NCBI RefSeq assembly: GCF_003704095.1
Contig: NW_020843655.1
Location: 1 to 64,000 of the forward strand
Reading direction: 5' to 3'
DNA length: 64,000 nt
From: Pocillopora damicornis
Taxonomy: Eukaryota
A program made the position numbers and the translations under genes. The notes beneath the pieces are model-generated. The model made no database searches. It was not told where the DNA came from and saw only the letters and a list, made by a program, of their open reading frames with translations. How positions within the stretch are numbered: the first letter of the stretch is position 1; each line of letters begins with the position of its first letter. Shown piece after piece: positions 23,201 to 35,930 of this stretch.

Positions 23201-26016
23201 GGGTACTTGAAGAAGAGGAATCCCTGGAATCAAACTTAATGCAATAGCCTGAGCTATAAAAATGTTCTCAACATACAACACTAATTGATTCACAAGAGAG
23301 ATCTCTATACCGACCACATGATGATTTAAAGCTGGAATGGAAAATTGCTCAAACAGTCATGCTAGAACAAAGCTTTCTATTACCAAACTTTTAATAAAGA
23401 TGATACTACTCCCTATTTGCTCTGCCAATAATTTAACTTCCAAAACTTATTTATTGGGTTTTCCAGGTCAGAAAGAGGGTTGAAGAAACAGTCACTCGCC
23501 TCTTCAGAGAAATTCCTGGGATTCGCATTGCTGTCTTTGCTCATGGTGACTATCAAGATAAAGAATCAACTTATGATACAAAATGGGTAGACTTCAGTAC
23601 AGACAAAAAGAAAATATGTAACTTTATCAAGAATGTATCATCAACATGTGGATATGATTCAGATGAATGCTATGAACTTGTTCTTAGACAGGTGAGTGGC
23701 ATTTTTTTGGCAAAGATAGTTTTATAGTTGGTCATCATGTTTTTACTTTTTTTTTTCAATTGAATATATCTAATTGGGACATTTAAAGGAAAATGAAATA
23801 ATGGCAGTTGTCTTCTTTGCTACACCAATCAAATCCTTTCACCAATTTTCATCTATGTTTTGAATGTGACAGATTAAGAGAAGGGGGGGTGGGGTAGTTT
23901 TGCAAAATAGTGGTAAGCATAAATGTGATTTTCAGATTGGGAATTTATCTTATCATCTGGACACGTCCTCAAGCACCTGGTATGAGTGAATTTAAGGGGG
24001 GGGGTGGACACAGGAGAAGAGTGGCATGAGGATAAATAAAAGGAGCGTCTTACTTTTAAGTTGTGGCCACACAATTTTTTACTTTTGCTGTTTATGCAAG
24101 CAGTGAGCCTCAGGCTTTCTCTATAAGAGGGTAGATTTAATTAAATAAATATCCTTCCACAGTTAGCTTTCGGCTCTATTGACAATGTTCACGGAAAGAA
24201 ATGTTCAGATGAAAGGTTCGGCTAAATTGAAGGCAGCTTAGAACGCGGTTTCGTTAAACAACGGCTAAGCTCTGTTTAAATAACCGGCTCTTTAACTCCC
24301 GTTAGTGACCAAGACAGAATTTCTCCTTACAATATCAATATCTTCGATACAATATCAAGCAGACAAGCGATGGGTACAAAGAAATATATCAATTAGGGGA
24401 TTATTAGTTGATGCAACGCCAAATTCTCCAAACTAACATTATAAGAATTGTATGGCAGACAGTAAGGAGAATTACTGATGAGATCCTGGGATTGAAAGGG
24501 TGAACTCTGTGTTAAGACTTAGTCCTTTGGAGTTTGGTCCTGATAACTTTTGCTGACGTCTTCCAAAATTCGCGAACTTTAATGCAAATCTGTGGTTGAC
24601 GGCTTGAAGCATAGGTTACCTCTGTATCATTTCCCAGTCTTTTTTATTCCATTAAAATCAAACTCACTTCATACGATGTAAATCTGGTATAAAATGTGAG
24701 ATCATAGAATTAAAAGCTGTCAAACAATGCAGTTTTGAATGTTCAGAAAGGAATTAATGTATTAATAGTCAAATGCATTTAGTCTTACTCTTGTATTTAA
24801 AAAAATTTATGACCGAAAAAAGTTTCCTTTTCCCTTTCCTACTGTTGCGTGTGGTTCTTATGGAGTGTTTTTGTTCTTATCTAAGGTTCGTGAAGAGCTG
24901 TCCTGGACACCAGACTCCCAACGTTCGTTAGTGATAATAGGCGACGCCTCACCCCATCCCCCTTCGTACCACTTGAACACACTGAAAATTGACTGGAAGG
25001 AGGAAGCTAAGAAACTCTACAATGAGATGGGAGTGCGGATTTACTCGGTCCAGTGCCTTAACTACGGTGGCTCTGACACCTTCTATCGTAAAATCGCTGA
25101 GTTTACCTGTGGTTGGCACTTGAAGCTAGATCAATTCGCTTCCATCGTCGATTTCCTAACGGCCATTTGCTATCGAGAACAGGGAGTGGAGCAACTGGAA
25201 GCTTATGAGGCAGAGGTCAAGTCAAGGTCAAAGGGCTCTGGGTTGAATCGTAACTTGCATGCCTTGTTTGACACTCTAGCCGGTAGGAGCACCAGTACCT
25301 ACACCGGTGGAAGTGATCACGGGGGACTGGAACCGGTCAATCCGTCTCGATTTCAGGTAAATGACATCACGGTGCGTTACATATGAAAGAACAGGATATC
25401 TAAGATAGGACGTGAGCTCTCATTGGTCGATTGGTGTGTTAGATAGAAATTTATAGGGTATTTAAGAAAGTACGCACTCTCTTATTGGTCGAATGAGTCT
25501 GGCCCAAAACTCTTTCATGCCCGTAAACACAAACTAGTTTATTTTACTATGTCTGTTGGTTCAAGAAGAGGGGGAAGATTTCAATTCAACAAACTTTTGA
25601 ATGTAGCGAACAGTACATTGTAACACGTCCCTCTAAACTGATCAATTGTAACGCTGAAGTGGCTCAGACAGCTCACTTCATACGTTTTTCATCGCCAGAT
25701 CCTGGAAGTCGACGAACGCGGCGACATTCGCTCTTTCGTCGAGAAGAACGACCTTCCCTTCAAAACAGGACGTGGGTTTTACGAGTTCACGAAGCCAGAA
25801 AAAATTTCGGACAAGAAAGAAGTCGTTTTGGTGGACAAGGCCTCCGGGGACATGTTTACTGGACCTGAAGCATGCGCAATGATCGGAGCGGGAGGGGCAA
25901 ATAAAATCAAGCCCACGTCGTTTGACAAATGGCGGGTTTTTGTGCAGAGTACCTCGTACAACAGGGTTCTGATGCCTGGTACTGGGTTCTTGTACGAAGT
26001 GGACACAGATCGCTGA
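20260..26016 (+). CDS. VWA-domain protein, 560 aa, flanked by two copies of an uncharacterised GRGFY/QSTSYNR domain; exons 20260-20499, 21155-21427, 22256-22411, 23467-23691, 24886-25356, 25699-26016
   Basis: Six GT-AG-bounded exons of 240, 273, 156, 225, 471 and 318 nt, all introns phase 0, open to TGA. MIDAS-like EIVFSFDTTGSM, then IRIAVFAHGDY and LVIIGDASPH. The N- and C-terminal domains share SRF, FVEK, TGRGFY-x-x-TKPE and VFVQSTSYNRVLMP-x-T-x-FLY. Confidence 0.9.
21490..21695 (-). mobile_element. piggyBac-like MITE (subfamily A) in VWA gene intron 2
   Basis: ttaacccttcgaaccctg ... tagggtgtaaagggtaaa inverted termini. Confidence 0.75.
22705..22916 (+). mobile_element. piggyBac-like MITE (third subfamily) in VWA gene intron 3
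   Basis: ttaaccctttaactcccaag ... ctgggaattcaaggtttaa inverted termini with TTAA ends. Confidence 0.75.
24285..24504 (-). mobile_element. piggyBac-like MITE (subfamily B) in VWA gene intron 4
   Basis: Reverse-complement match to 3028-3233 and 48240-48451; ends gggattgaaagggtgaa. Confidence 0.7.
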
Positions 26017-29000
26017 TCCCTATGATTGACAGTTAAGCACTAAGAAGGTTTTCTCATGGAATTGTAAATGGTTTCTTTTGACCCAGAAAGTGGGTGGAAA
26101 ATAGAGTGAAACTTTAGAGTAATACTTTTCTGGAGTGAGGAAACATAAAATAAACAAACAAACAAAAACAAAACCAAAACCAAAACTATCAAGAAATCAA
26201 AAAGGAAAAAAAAAAACATAGATTCAACCTACAAGTAGGCACAAGATGTATCAGTCACTGAGTGGACTCTAAGTTTAATCAAAATTGAAAGAAAATTTTT
26301 ATCACTTTAGAAGTTTAAGACCGATGGTACTATTTTGTTGCACAGACACACGAAGATCGATGTCATTGGATACGTTTAACCGATCACTTTTTTACAAAAT
26401 TTAAGTATTTAAAACTGATAAACTTTTAGGTAAGTAACGTGTCGGTTTTTTTTGTTCTTTTTTAGAGTTTTACTCGAGAGCACCTCTCGACGAGGGTTAT
26501 TAAAAAAAGTGTAAGTAACTACAGGAGGTTGTCAGGACAAAGGTAGCGAGAGACTGGCGAGAGCTTTTCAGAACAAACAAATTAAAACAAAGCAAGGCCA
26601 AAGAAATCTCAGATTACGATAAGCATTCAATTGAACAACGCTCTGAAATGCGCACACATTTTTAGTCGGAGTAATCGATCTGAACTTGTACTTGATTTGC
26701 TTAAAATTTACTTCAGTATTATAGACTTATACTGAGAAAGGTTGTCAATATACTTTTGGTTTAAGGGGTTGGGATTAATTTTGTGGAAGCTTATTGAAAA
26801 GTTTGTGTCTACTAAGGGGATTAGGGTTGACGCACATTAACTCAAACTTTCAAGGTTAATAAAAAAGTGATACATTTGTCGAGGTGAAAACTGACACAAA
26901 TTACTAGAATGGAAATGAATAAAACACTTGGGTTTATTGTGAGTTGGAGTTTTAAAAAGCCAACTGTATGTATTAACTAAGTGGATAGAAACTTTGCACT
27001 TTAAACCTTAGATTTTCTTAAGCGTACTGTTTCACACGCTCAGAAGGGCGTGGTCTTGACTTGTATGCGGAAAAGCTTACTTCAGCAAAGTGTCACTAAA
27101 ACAACTCAAACAAGTTCAATTTAACGGGTTCCTATCAATTAAAATTTGCGTGGTTATTTACCAAGTGCCCTTAGTATTGCGTCTGCACCATTATTTGTAT
27201 TGCGGAATCTTTCAGAAAAGCGAACTTTTCGAGATTTAAACCTCGATCAACCTCGAAACAAGTCGGTGGAAATTTTAGGTAAAGATGCGAAAGGCGAATT
27301 ATTTGCCTAACAGGTTTATTCAGGAAGAAAACCTTTCATCAGCTGAAATCACATCCTTACATAATCATTTTGAATACTGATAGTGAGACTCATTGAATGT
27401 TAGATTTGAATTGCAAATATCTTTCTACTCAATGATTATTCATTTCAGTTGAATCAGTATCTTCACACGTGGTGCTCAGAATTTTGCTAACCTGCTTGGT
27501 TTAAAGTTACTCGCCCTAACTAACAGTTTTTGGTCAGAAAAATCGTCGTCTTACAAGTCCCAAATGCTCATAACGTTGGACTGATTAAGTTGCAATGCTG
27601 CTAGGTCCTGAAAATTCAATATTCGGTATGAAACGATTCTCGAATGAGGTTACAACTGACAACGGCAAGCAAACTGAGTCAAGCTGTAAAGTGACCGAAG
27701 CATGGTCTTCTCTGAACTTAAGTAAGTTATATAATTTCGTTATTTTGACTTTTAAATAGTTTTTAAACAATTTTGTGAGTTCGGCTAATATTTTTTTCAT
27801 CCACTTAGAAGAAAACCAAAAAACGACGCGATAGCAACCGCTGTAATTTAGTTCAAAGAGAACCGCTGTCAAACTTCAGTTCAACCTGTGAAATATTCAT
27901 CGCGTTTCTGAATAAATGTTGTAGTTGTATGATTACCTGCAATCAACGTCAAAATTAGTCGAGACGTGTGAAGAGTTCTATTTATGTGTAGAGTAACACT
28001 ACTGTTTCTACCACACTCTAAATCATTGACAGGACTGTTTACAATCTTAGACAAAATTACCTTACACTCGAGCTATAAAACTGATCTCTTATTAAGATAC
28101 TTGTTACAAGGCAATACGTAATGTGTCAATCAATTCGTAGCTTCAACTTCACCCCCCTCCCCTCCCCCCGCCAAGCCCTTAGTATTTGAACTCAAGAAGA
28201 TTAATTGGTTCCAACTCTCGTCATAGAAGCCTAAATTGCGTTCAAATGCTCTACTCGAACAAGAATTGTTTTGAATAGTTCTTTGTTTGCAATTGATCAA
28301 CGAATGTAACATAATTAAATTAGCAAAGGCGCGTATTAGCTTTCGGTGCCGCCTTTTGATATTACCTCAGGCATCATTCTACGATGTAATCATTTTCCTC
28401 TGAGCCATTTGCTCTTGAAAGCGGACTCTTTACTTCAAAACTCCTCCATATTTTAAATTGAAAACATGCATATTCTTGCTAGTTCAAACCCCCACCCCAC
28501 CAAGGCAATGTTTAAATTCCCACCCCGGGCACGGACGACGGTTAAATGCCTGTGGGTTGCCTGGGGAAGATGTTGAAGCTTTGAATTGATCAGCATATTG
28601 GTAAGTTAAAAATTAAGTAAAAAAAGGTGATCCATTTAAACCTTTCAGTCTAAAGAAAGAAACTCTTTTTGGACTAACTCGATCTTACTTTGAAACTTAG
28701 TTCAATTTGATGGGTGGTTAGTTTTAGATTATACCTTTTCACTCTTAACATTTTATGGCATAAATCCGCGGTTCACGAAACTTCAGTGTCAACCTGAAAT
28801 GCATTCATCAATGAGCAGAATGATACCAAATGTGTCTCCGTGAAAAGTTAAAGTGGTTTGTTTTATTCTTGACTTGTTTAGCTTCGTAACTTAACCATTT
28901 CCTCTTGATAATTCACATTCATAGTCACTAGACAAGGAAAAAAATCCAACAAAAGTTCTAAGGTATCTGCTGTGTTGATGCATCCCATTCACACGTTTAT

Positions 29001-29813
29001 CTTTATGATTTTCCCAAGGTCTTGTTAAACGAGTATTGTATGCAGGTTAGGGATAAAGATGTTTGAATTCTCTAAACGTCACGTTGGCAATGATAATTGA
29101 CCTCGTGTGTATCTCGAAGAATCGAAAGCTAAATAAAATGATGGTTACAGTTGTTGGGGAAGAAAGACACGGAAAAGTTTAGAATTTGACGAGCCACCTT
29201 AGTATTTTGCGATTTATTAATTTTGTACAAAGTTTCAAAAGTAATCCAGGACTGCAGTGTTTTTACTACACTACGATCTGTTATTGGTCAGGAAAACTAG
29301 CATAACCCGCTCAACCAATCAGACGCAGAATTGAAACCAACCGCGTCTCGGTAACACAAGTTTTCCCACCCTTTGGGCAGTTTGCTTGTTTTCACTTTGA
29401 GCTCTCATTAGCCCCTTGTAATATTTTCCTTCGCTCTGATTGACATAGTGATAACTATGGTTGTGGTTTTATGGCACTCAATCGAAAAGCGTTTCAAGTC
29501 GCCTAGAAGTAACAATGTTGGTTCTGTCAATGTATTGAGAAGGTCACGTATTTAAAATTTGCTTTGGCAAACGAAGGAAAATGTATCATTTAAAGGTTGA
29601 GAGAAATACAAAAGAAATAAATTTTGGTATAATTAAAATTATTTCTGCCGGCCTAAGGTGATGATTGTCACGAACTAGCTTCAAGGCAGGCGCTGAAGAG
29701 AGAAAATTCAAACTTTTAAAACCCATTCTGTCCTAATGTATCAGTCAACAAACTGAAAATAATTTATCAGTGCATTCAGCAGCCACCTAGTAAAACCCTG
29801 GATTAAGAAGAGT

Positions 29814-29913
29814 NNNNNNNNNNNNNNNNNNNNNNNNNNNNNNNNNNNNNNNNNNNNNNNNNNNNNNNNNNNNNNNNNNNNNNNNNNNNNNNNNNNNNNN
29901 NNNNNNNNNNNNN
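29814..29913. other. Assembly gap (100 N)
   Basis: Run of N. Confidence 1.
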
Positions 29914-30635
29914 CGGTGTAGTGCTTTACCAACTGAGCTAACAAGCCAACTGTGTTGGTTGATCAATCCAAATGATCAGGCGTGAACAATAGTTTGCCTT
30001 AGGGACGACAACTTTGTTTTAGAATGTTATGAGGTTATGCGAAAATCTTTCCGAGGTCGTTTCTCGTTGATGAAAATTCGTACGAGTGTGAACTGCAAAA
30101 TATTATTTTAATAAAACTAAGGCGTTTCTAAATTTTCAAGCTAATTAATTGCGTCGCCCAAAATGGTTCTATAATCGGTCTCTGCCTTCATCAAAAAATG
30201 TGCGAACAAAGCGTGCGTCACATGTAATCGAAGATTTAGAACGACGTGATTGGAAGACACGCCTTCCCCTTGCGCTTAACTTACGTAAACGCCCTTCAGA
30301 ATTTACGGCAATAATGACAATTTCCCGCACTGAAATAATATGTTCTCAATGGCATGCAACAAGGTTACTTAAATTTTTGGGATGAAAAAGTTAGCGTCTC
30401 AGAACAATAAAGCTGATTGTTCACAGCTTTTAATGCGTGGCAAAAATTTTGTTTACATTCCGATCATTCTTTATCGGTGGCGCAACTTAGTGACGAAATG
30501 TCATCTAAGACAAATTAAAATACCGTCGCTCATTACTTTTGATTAAATCATCTTGAAAAGTTGGGAAAAATTGGAAAAATATTTAAGAATTTCTAAGATT
30601 TATCGCGAAAGCTAGAGACGGCCATTACAGTTTTA

Positions 30636-30772
30636 GATAAGATTTCTGCACAGCCTCATCCTAGTCTAAAACAAAGCGGTAGTCCCAAAAGCAATCAATT
30701 GTTTTCGCCACTGTTTTCTGTCTTCGAAAACTGTATGCATAATGAAGCTTGGGGCTGTGCAGAAATCTTATC
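30636..30772. repeat. 137-bp element bounded by a perfect 20-bp inverted repeat
   Basis: gataagatttctgcacagcc (30636-30655) and ggctgtgcagaaatcttatc (30753-30772) are exact reverse complements. Confidence 0.85.
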
Positions 30773-31056
30773 AACATGTTTATAGGTAATTTCCTATTTT
30801 CTTTCGAACGAAAATTCATAAGCTCGAACTATTAAAACTTAAAAGTGACTGACGATCAAGAGAAAAGTTTAAATTTTAAAATGCTTCTCATCATCTTTTA
30901 CCGTACAAAATAATCTTTTTTTACTCTTCGTTTTAAATGATCTCGTTGCATTTCCTTGACTTCTTAGCTTTTAAAATTTAATTGTTGTAATTTTCCAAAT
31001 TACAGAACAATACAACTCTTTAGCTTGTACGTGTTGTTTACCATTTCCATAACTCT

Positions 31057-31398
31057 AGAGACCTTAAGCAAACCACGACAGCGACGGCAACGAGGACATG
31101 GAAAAACAAAAGAACTAATGGGCGTGCGTTTTAAAACTTTGTACATTTCTTAGCCGTCCCGTGCAAAACAACAACGTGAAATCACCACAATTTGAGTTGT
31201 CTGCGAACCGAAACCGCGACGGTAAATTATTTTAATTTCCATTTGGAACTTAACGCTTCTTTTATACGTTATGCTGAAGTTGAGGTGTGGTGCCGTATGA
31301 GATGGTAGCCATAAATGCAGCCATTTTTTAAAATTCTAATTAAAGGCAGAAATTCATTTTTTAATCGAGGTCTTCCTTAGCGTTGCTAAGATTTCCTC
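31057..31398 (+). mobile_element. Non-autonomous TIR element (cacgac-gcgacggcaacgag terminus family)
   Basis: The terminus gcaaaccacgacagcgacggcaacgagga is mirrored in reverse at 43207-43247 (tcttgttgccgttaccgttgtggtttgc). Confidence 0.55.
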
Positions 31399-33763
31399 TT
31401 ATTTACGTGCATTTGTATGTATGATTCACAATGATAGAGAATTCCCTTGGGACTCGAAATGGGGTAAAAACATGCAATCTCAAGAGGTCTATCAAAAGAG
31501 CCATAATGGCTTTTAAACATTTTGCTGCCTAGAATTTGAAAAGTTATTTTCCACACTGCAATGAAAACTTTCAACTGGTCTCCACAATTAACCCATCACT
31601 TAACAAGCTATTTTTTGCATATTTGTTCAACTGAGATTTTCCACATACATTAATATAGCTACAGGTTCTCATGAAGAGTAACCACATGTTTATGTTATGA
31701 ACCTGTTCTTTTATTATTATTATTATTTTTTAAAGAATGTCTCTTACCGTAATGCAATTCTTTGCTTTCGTTCGCTCTTTGTCTCCTCATATGCTTTGTT
31801 ATTATTTATCTTTATGGCAGTTCATCTAAAACGTGCAAAAAAAAAAAAACTCTTAAAATTGTTTCGGTTCCATGAGTTACACAATACTGGTTTAAGAATG
31901 TAAGAGGTTCATCTAAATATCAACGTTTTTACCCCAAAAAGTGATAAGCATCTAATTTCTCCTTACAGTATCGCCCTTGAATCAAAGATTTAAGTCATTA
32001 GAATCAAGGTGCTGATGACGAGGTCAGGAAGCTCTTGATTATCAAGCAAATTCTTCTTGAACGTACCATAGAAAACGTATAGAGAACAGTATAAAGAACT
32101 TGCAATACTAATCATGTTTTCTGCATTACAACTAGGGATCTTTCAATGTACCGCTAAGCGAAAAATATGCGTTACACTAAACTTCTTCCTAGCCTAGATG
32201 AACTGATACAAATAATACAAACTAACTGAGAAATTTGCTATCGAAATTATGAACGGAGACCTGAAAGCGGCACTGGTTATAAAGAACTAGTCTGGGACTC
32301 TTCTATCGTTCATATAAAACTCTCTCAACTTCATTTCAGCGTCGCTCAAAAACTTTCAAGTTGAATTAATTCTCATTCTTACCTCGTTTTTGTTGCAAAA
32401 AAAAGAAACAGCTTTGTGGTGAATAGTCAATCCATGTCGGTAAAGCCAGCCAGCATAAGCATAGAAACTCCTTAGTGTTTCTGGCTCTGGCATTTGGACG
32501 TTAAATTTCCGTGGCGTGAAGCAGTTCAGACCACGAGGAACCATAAAATGTAAATGAGCTGAAAAATTTACACGTGCAATGAATTTAAGTGCAAATGAAG
32601 AGAGCGAACCTAAGAATGAGGTTGAAGAATATTTGCATAGCGAAGATTTTTAGAGTTGAGATTGAAATAGGTTAAGTTAAGGCTTTTTCAAAGGTGATTC
32701 CTCATGTCCACCTAACGGACTTTATTATATAAATTTGTGAATTTGAAGAGAGGACTGGTGTTAATTTTTCAATCACGGATTTTCTTAATTTAGTTAGTTT
32801 GGTCTTTCAATTTTCTTCAGCCTTCAGATTAAATTACAAATTTTTAATTAAGACCTTCAAGAATATCGTTATGCATTGCTGAAGCCTACTGCCTTTTTCT
32901 TATCATCATGTACAGAGGGTGTGTAAATTAACACAAAAATAACTCCTTTCCCTAAAGATTGTGCCTTGAATTTGCGTTCAAGGTTACAGATTTCTATAGA
33001 ATTCGAAATTGGAAGTGTTATGCTGCGTTGGATAGCTACTTTAACGAACGTGTACCATTTTAATCATCAGCTTTTAACACTCGTAACGTTAATATAATTG
33101 AAATCCAATCAAATAGTTTGAGCTCAGTCTCTTACTGAAATAACAAACATGTCCTCTCCCTTTATCGATATTTTAATCAAAGATGCTTGTTCATTGAGAG
33201 CGACGCTATACCTTTCAATCTCGGTTTTCGTGTTTTTTGCAAAATTTCATATGCAGGATGCGCTAAATGGCTGCTACATCGTCGATACCAGCCGTCGACA
33301 ATTTTCAAAAATTTAGAAACTAGCACAATCTCCCATGGCCACTTCCTTAACAGTGTGAAACAGATGAAAATAGTGTATTTTAAATCATATCTCTAAAATG
33401 CGAATGAAGATACTTGTCGAGGGAGGACCATGACAAATAAGACAAGAATGAAACAAGCCACAGACCTGGTTCCATAAAATACTTTTCTGTATTGGTTTGC
33501 ACTTCTTTGAGGTCACATTCAAAATTGAAAGCCAATCCAGCTCCGTGGATGATTTTGTTAAGAGGAACCTCTTGTCCTTATGAAAACCCCATGTCAACTG
33601 CAATATAAATTTAAATTAAGTTTACTTTTTAACTGAACACAAAGCACAAAGAAGGAGGACGTTGGAGGTTAGCTATGAATATTTAAATGTCCCTTTCCAT
33701 ATTTTTTAAATCACATATACAGTGGCGGGCAACACAAACAGTCCAAGAAAAAGTAGGGCTGTG

Positions 33764-34702
33764 ATGAAAGCAGACGAGATGATTAATGCAACGCAGTCCT
33801 CCAACAATTATGAACACAACAGTGCGTCGAAATTCAAGAAAATCTCCGACTCCGTCATAGGATTAGATTACGAAAACAGACTTCATTATTTAATAGCATT
33901 TTGTGCAGTGAATGTCATCTTCTGTATCACTGCTTCCTTCGGAAACATTGCGATTCTACTGGCGCTGTGGAGGACACCCTCTTTACATTCAGCAGCAAAT
34001 GTTTTGTTAGCAAGTCTTGCGGTTTCAGACCTTTTTGTAGGTTTGCTCATTGAACCATTCTATATAACATTGGTTTTAACAAACGCAACGTTTCATTCTC
34101 GAACTGTAATAGTGTTTGAGTTTCTAAGCATCTTTCTATGCACTGCGTCTTTTACCACCACGACGGCAATCGGCATCGACCGCCTCCTCGCACTTCAATT
34201 GCATTTGAGGTACAAAGCTGTTGTAACGCCGCTTCGTATCTCCTGGGCAGTAATTGCAATTTGGATAATCTCGGGTATCTTATCATGTACAAGGCTGTGG
34301 ACTAACGAACAATTTTATCCATCTTTGTCTTCCATAACATTTGTGTCTCTAGCTGTAAATTTTTTTGTCTATTTGAAAATCTATCTCATTGTTAGGCGCC
34401 ATCGATTGCAGATAGCACATCAACAACGACAGCAGCAGCCACAACAACAACAGCCCAGTGAAGAAAACATTTTTCGTAAAATGAGGAAATCTACCATAAA
34501 CACATTTCTCGTGTGCATTTTACTCATTTGTTGCTACATGCCGCATTCCATAATGATAATGAGCAACGTTTTCCGGCCTAATATTCTAGGAATAACGTCC
34601 ATGATACTTTTACTCAATTCGTCTTTAAACCCAGTACTATATTGCTGGCGAATCCGTGAGATTGGCACAGCGATGAAGTATACATTTCGTTGTTGTTTTT
34701 GA
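33764..34702 (+). CDS. Single-exon rhodopsin-class (class A) orphan GPCR, ~312 aa
   Basis: Seven hydrophobic segments with GN (TM1), SLAVSD (TM2), IDRL (TM3), W (TM4), CCYMP (TM6) and NSSLNPVLY (TM7). N-terminal NAT sequon and a poly-Q ICL3. The first ATG is at 33764; the ORF-track start at 33722 is GTG next to a likely splice acceptor. Confidence 0.92.
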   Translation: MKADEMINATQSSNNYEHNSASKFKKISDSVIGLDYENRLHYLIAFCAVNVIFCITASFGNIAILLALWRTPSLHSAANVLLASLAVSDLFVGLLIEPFYITLVLTNATFHSRTVIVFEFLSIFLCTASFTTTTAIGIDRLLALQLHLRYKAVVTPLRISWAVIAIWIISGILSCTRLWTNEQFYPSLSSITFVSLAVNFFVYLKIYLIVRRHRLQIAHQQRQQQPQQQQPSEENIFRKMRKSTINTFLVCILLICCYMPHSIMIMSNVFRPNILGITSMILLLNSSLNPVLYCWRIREIGTAMKYTFRCCF

Positions 34703-35179
34703 TAACTTAAACAATTTTGAAAGATTTAAGTCCGGAAGTCTTCGGTAGTTATCAGCAAATGAATTGCGTTCGCTATTTAAGAACAAGTTGAATTCATAGT
34801 GGATCTTTATCGAAGCATTCCAGCTTCTGGCATAGTGGAATCAATTGTTCAATGCTTCGGCTAATTTTTTCACTAAGTTTTAGTTAAGCGGAAAAGTATG
34901 TTTAAAACTGTTATAGGTTCACTTTTTTAAAAGAAAAATGAATAAAATAAGAAACATCCAACTGCGTTTCATTTCTCTCGCAGTTCAAGTCTTTCATATA
35001 AGACTGAATAAGTCTTTCTTGCTGTTTAAACCTCAATATCTTTTATTCAATTTAGCATAGTGGTCATTCACCAAGTTAAAACACATATGCCGCCTACATC
35101 CTTTTTCACAGCAAAATGTAAACAGAAATTGAAATGAAAGATGACATCAATCAGCAAATGACACCTACATACTCGAATA

Positions 35180-35310
35180 AAAAGAATTTCGAGTATTCCC
35201 GCTAGAATTCGAACCTAGGACTTTCCGGTCGGACGGACGCTCTGCCACCGTGTAAGTAGTTCCATATGGCGGCAAATTTCCTGCAATAGCACTGGAACAG
35301 GAATGTCGAT
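35180..35310 (-). mobile_element. Degenerate tRNA-derived SINE copy
   Basis: cgagtattcc..gaattcgaacctaggactttccg..gctctgccac aligns with 19110-19180. Confidence 0.55.
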
Positions 35311-35848
35311 ATGTCAGTGACACTTTTTGCACAATGATCACGTAAACGAGGACTGTAAATTTCAATTTCAAAAAACATTTACCATCCTCGTTGCAGATAT
35401 TGAAATCTTTTACAAGATATTTTAATTAAAACCTGAAGTCGTAATCTAAGAGGCAATTCACTGATTTGGTGAAAACTTTTCAACACTTGGCCATGCAGAA
35501 GATTAAAAGATCGCGTGATGTGAGAAACAATGAAAATGTTGAAACGTATTCATTGATGAGAGAAGGTAAAAGGTAAACTTAATTTAATAAAACAGTTTCT
35601 GACCGAGGAGAGTAATCAATGATAAACGAACTAGATATCAATATCCCGGATGAATCATTGCTAATATCTTAATTTATTGTAGTAAAATAAGAAAAAACAT
35701 GCGCGTAGCAGTAAAAATTTCTTTGTTCTTTTACGTGCTTTTCAGCTACAAAACCTACCATTTTTCAAAGGAAGAATTACAGAATGTGTTGCAATTTCAA
35801 AAGAACGGGTTTGAAGGTGCATACCGTGATGAACATATCAAGGGTCTT

Positions 35849-35930
35849 TGATAATAGCCAATGGCGATTGACAATGGCTAATGTTGGCTGACAATAGCCA
35901 ATGTTAGGTGACGATAGCCAATGTCGGTCC
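35849..35930. repeat. 20-bp minisatellite, 4 copies
   Basis: tgacaatagccaatgttggc-like unit repeated four times with substitutions. Confidence 0.85.
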
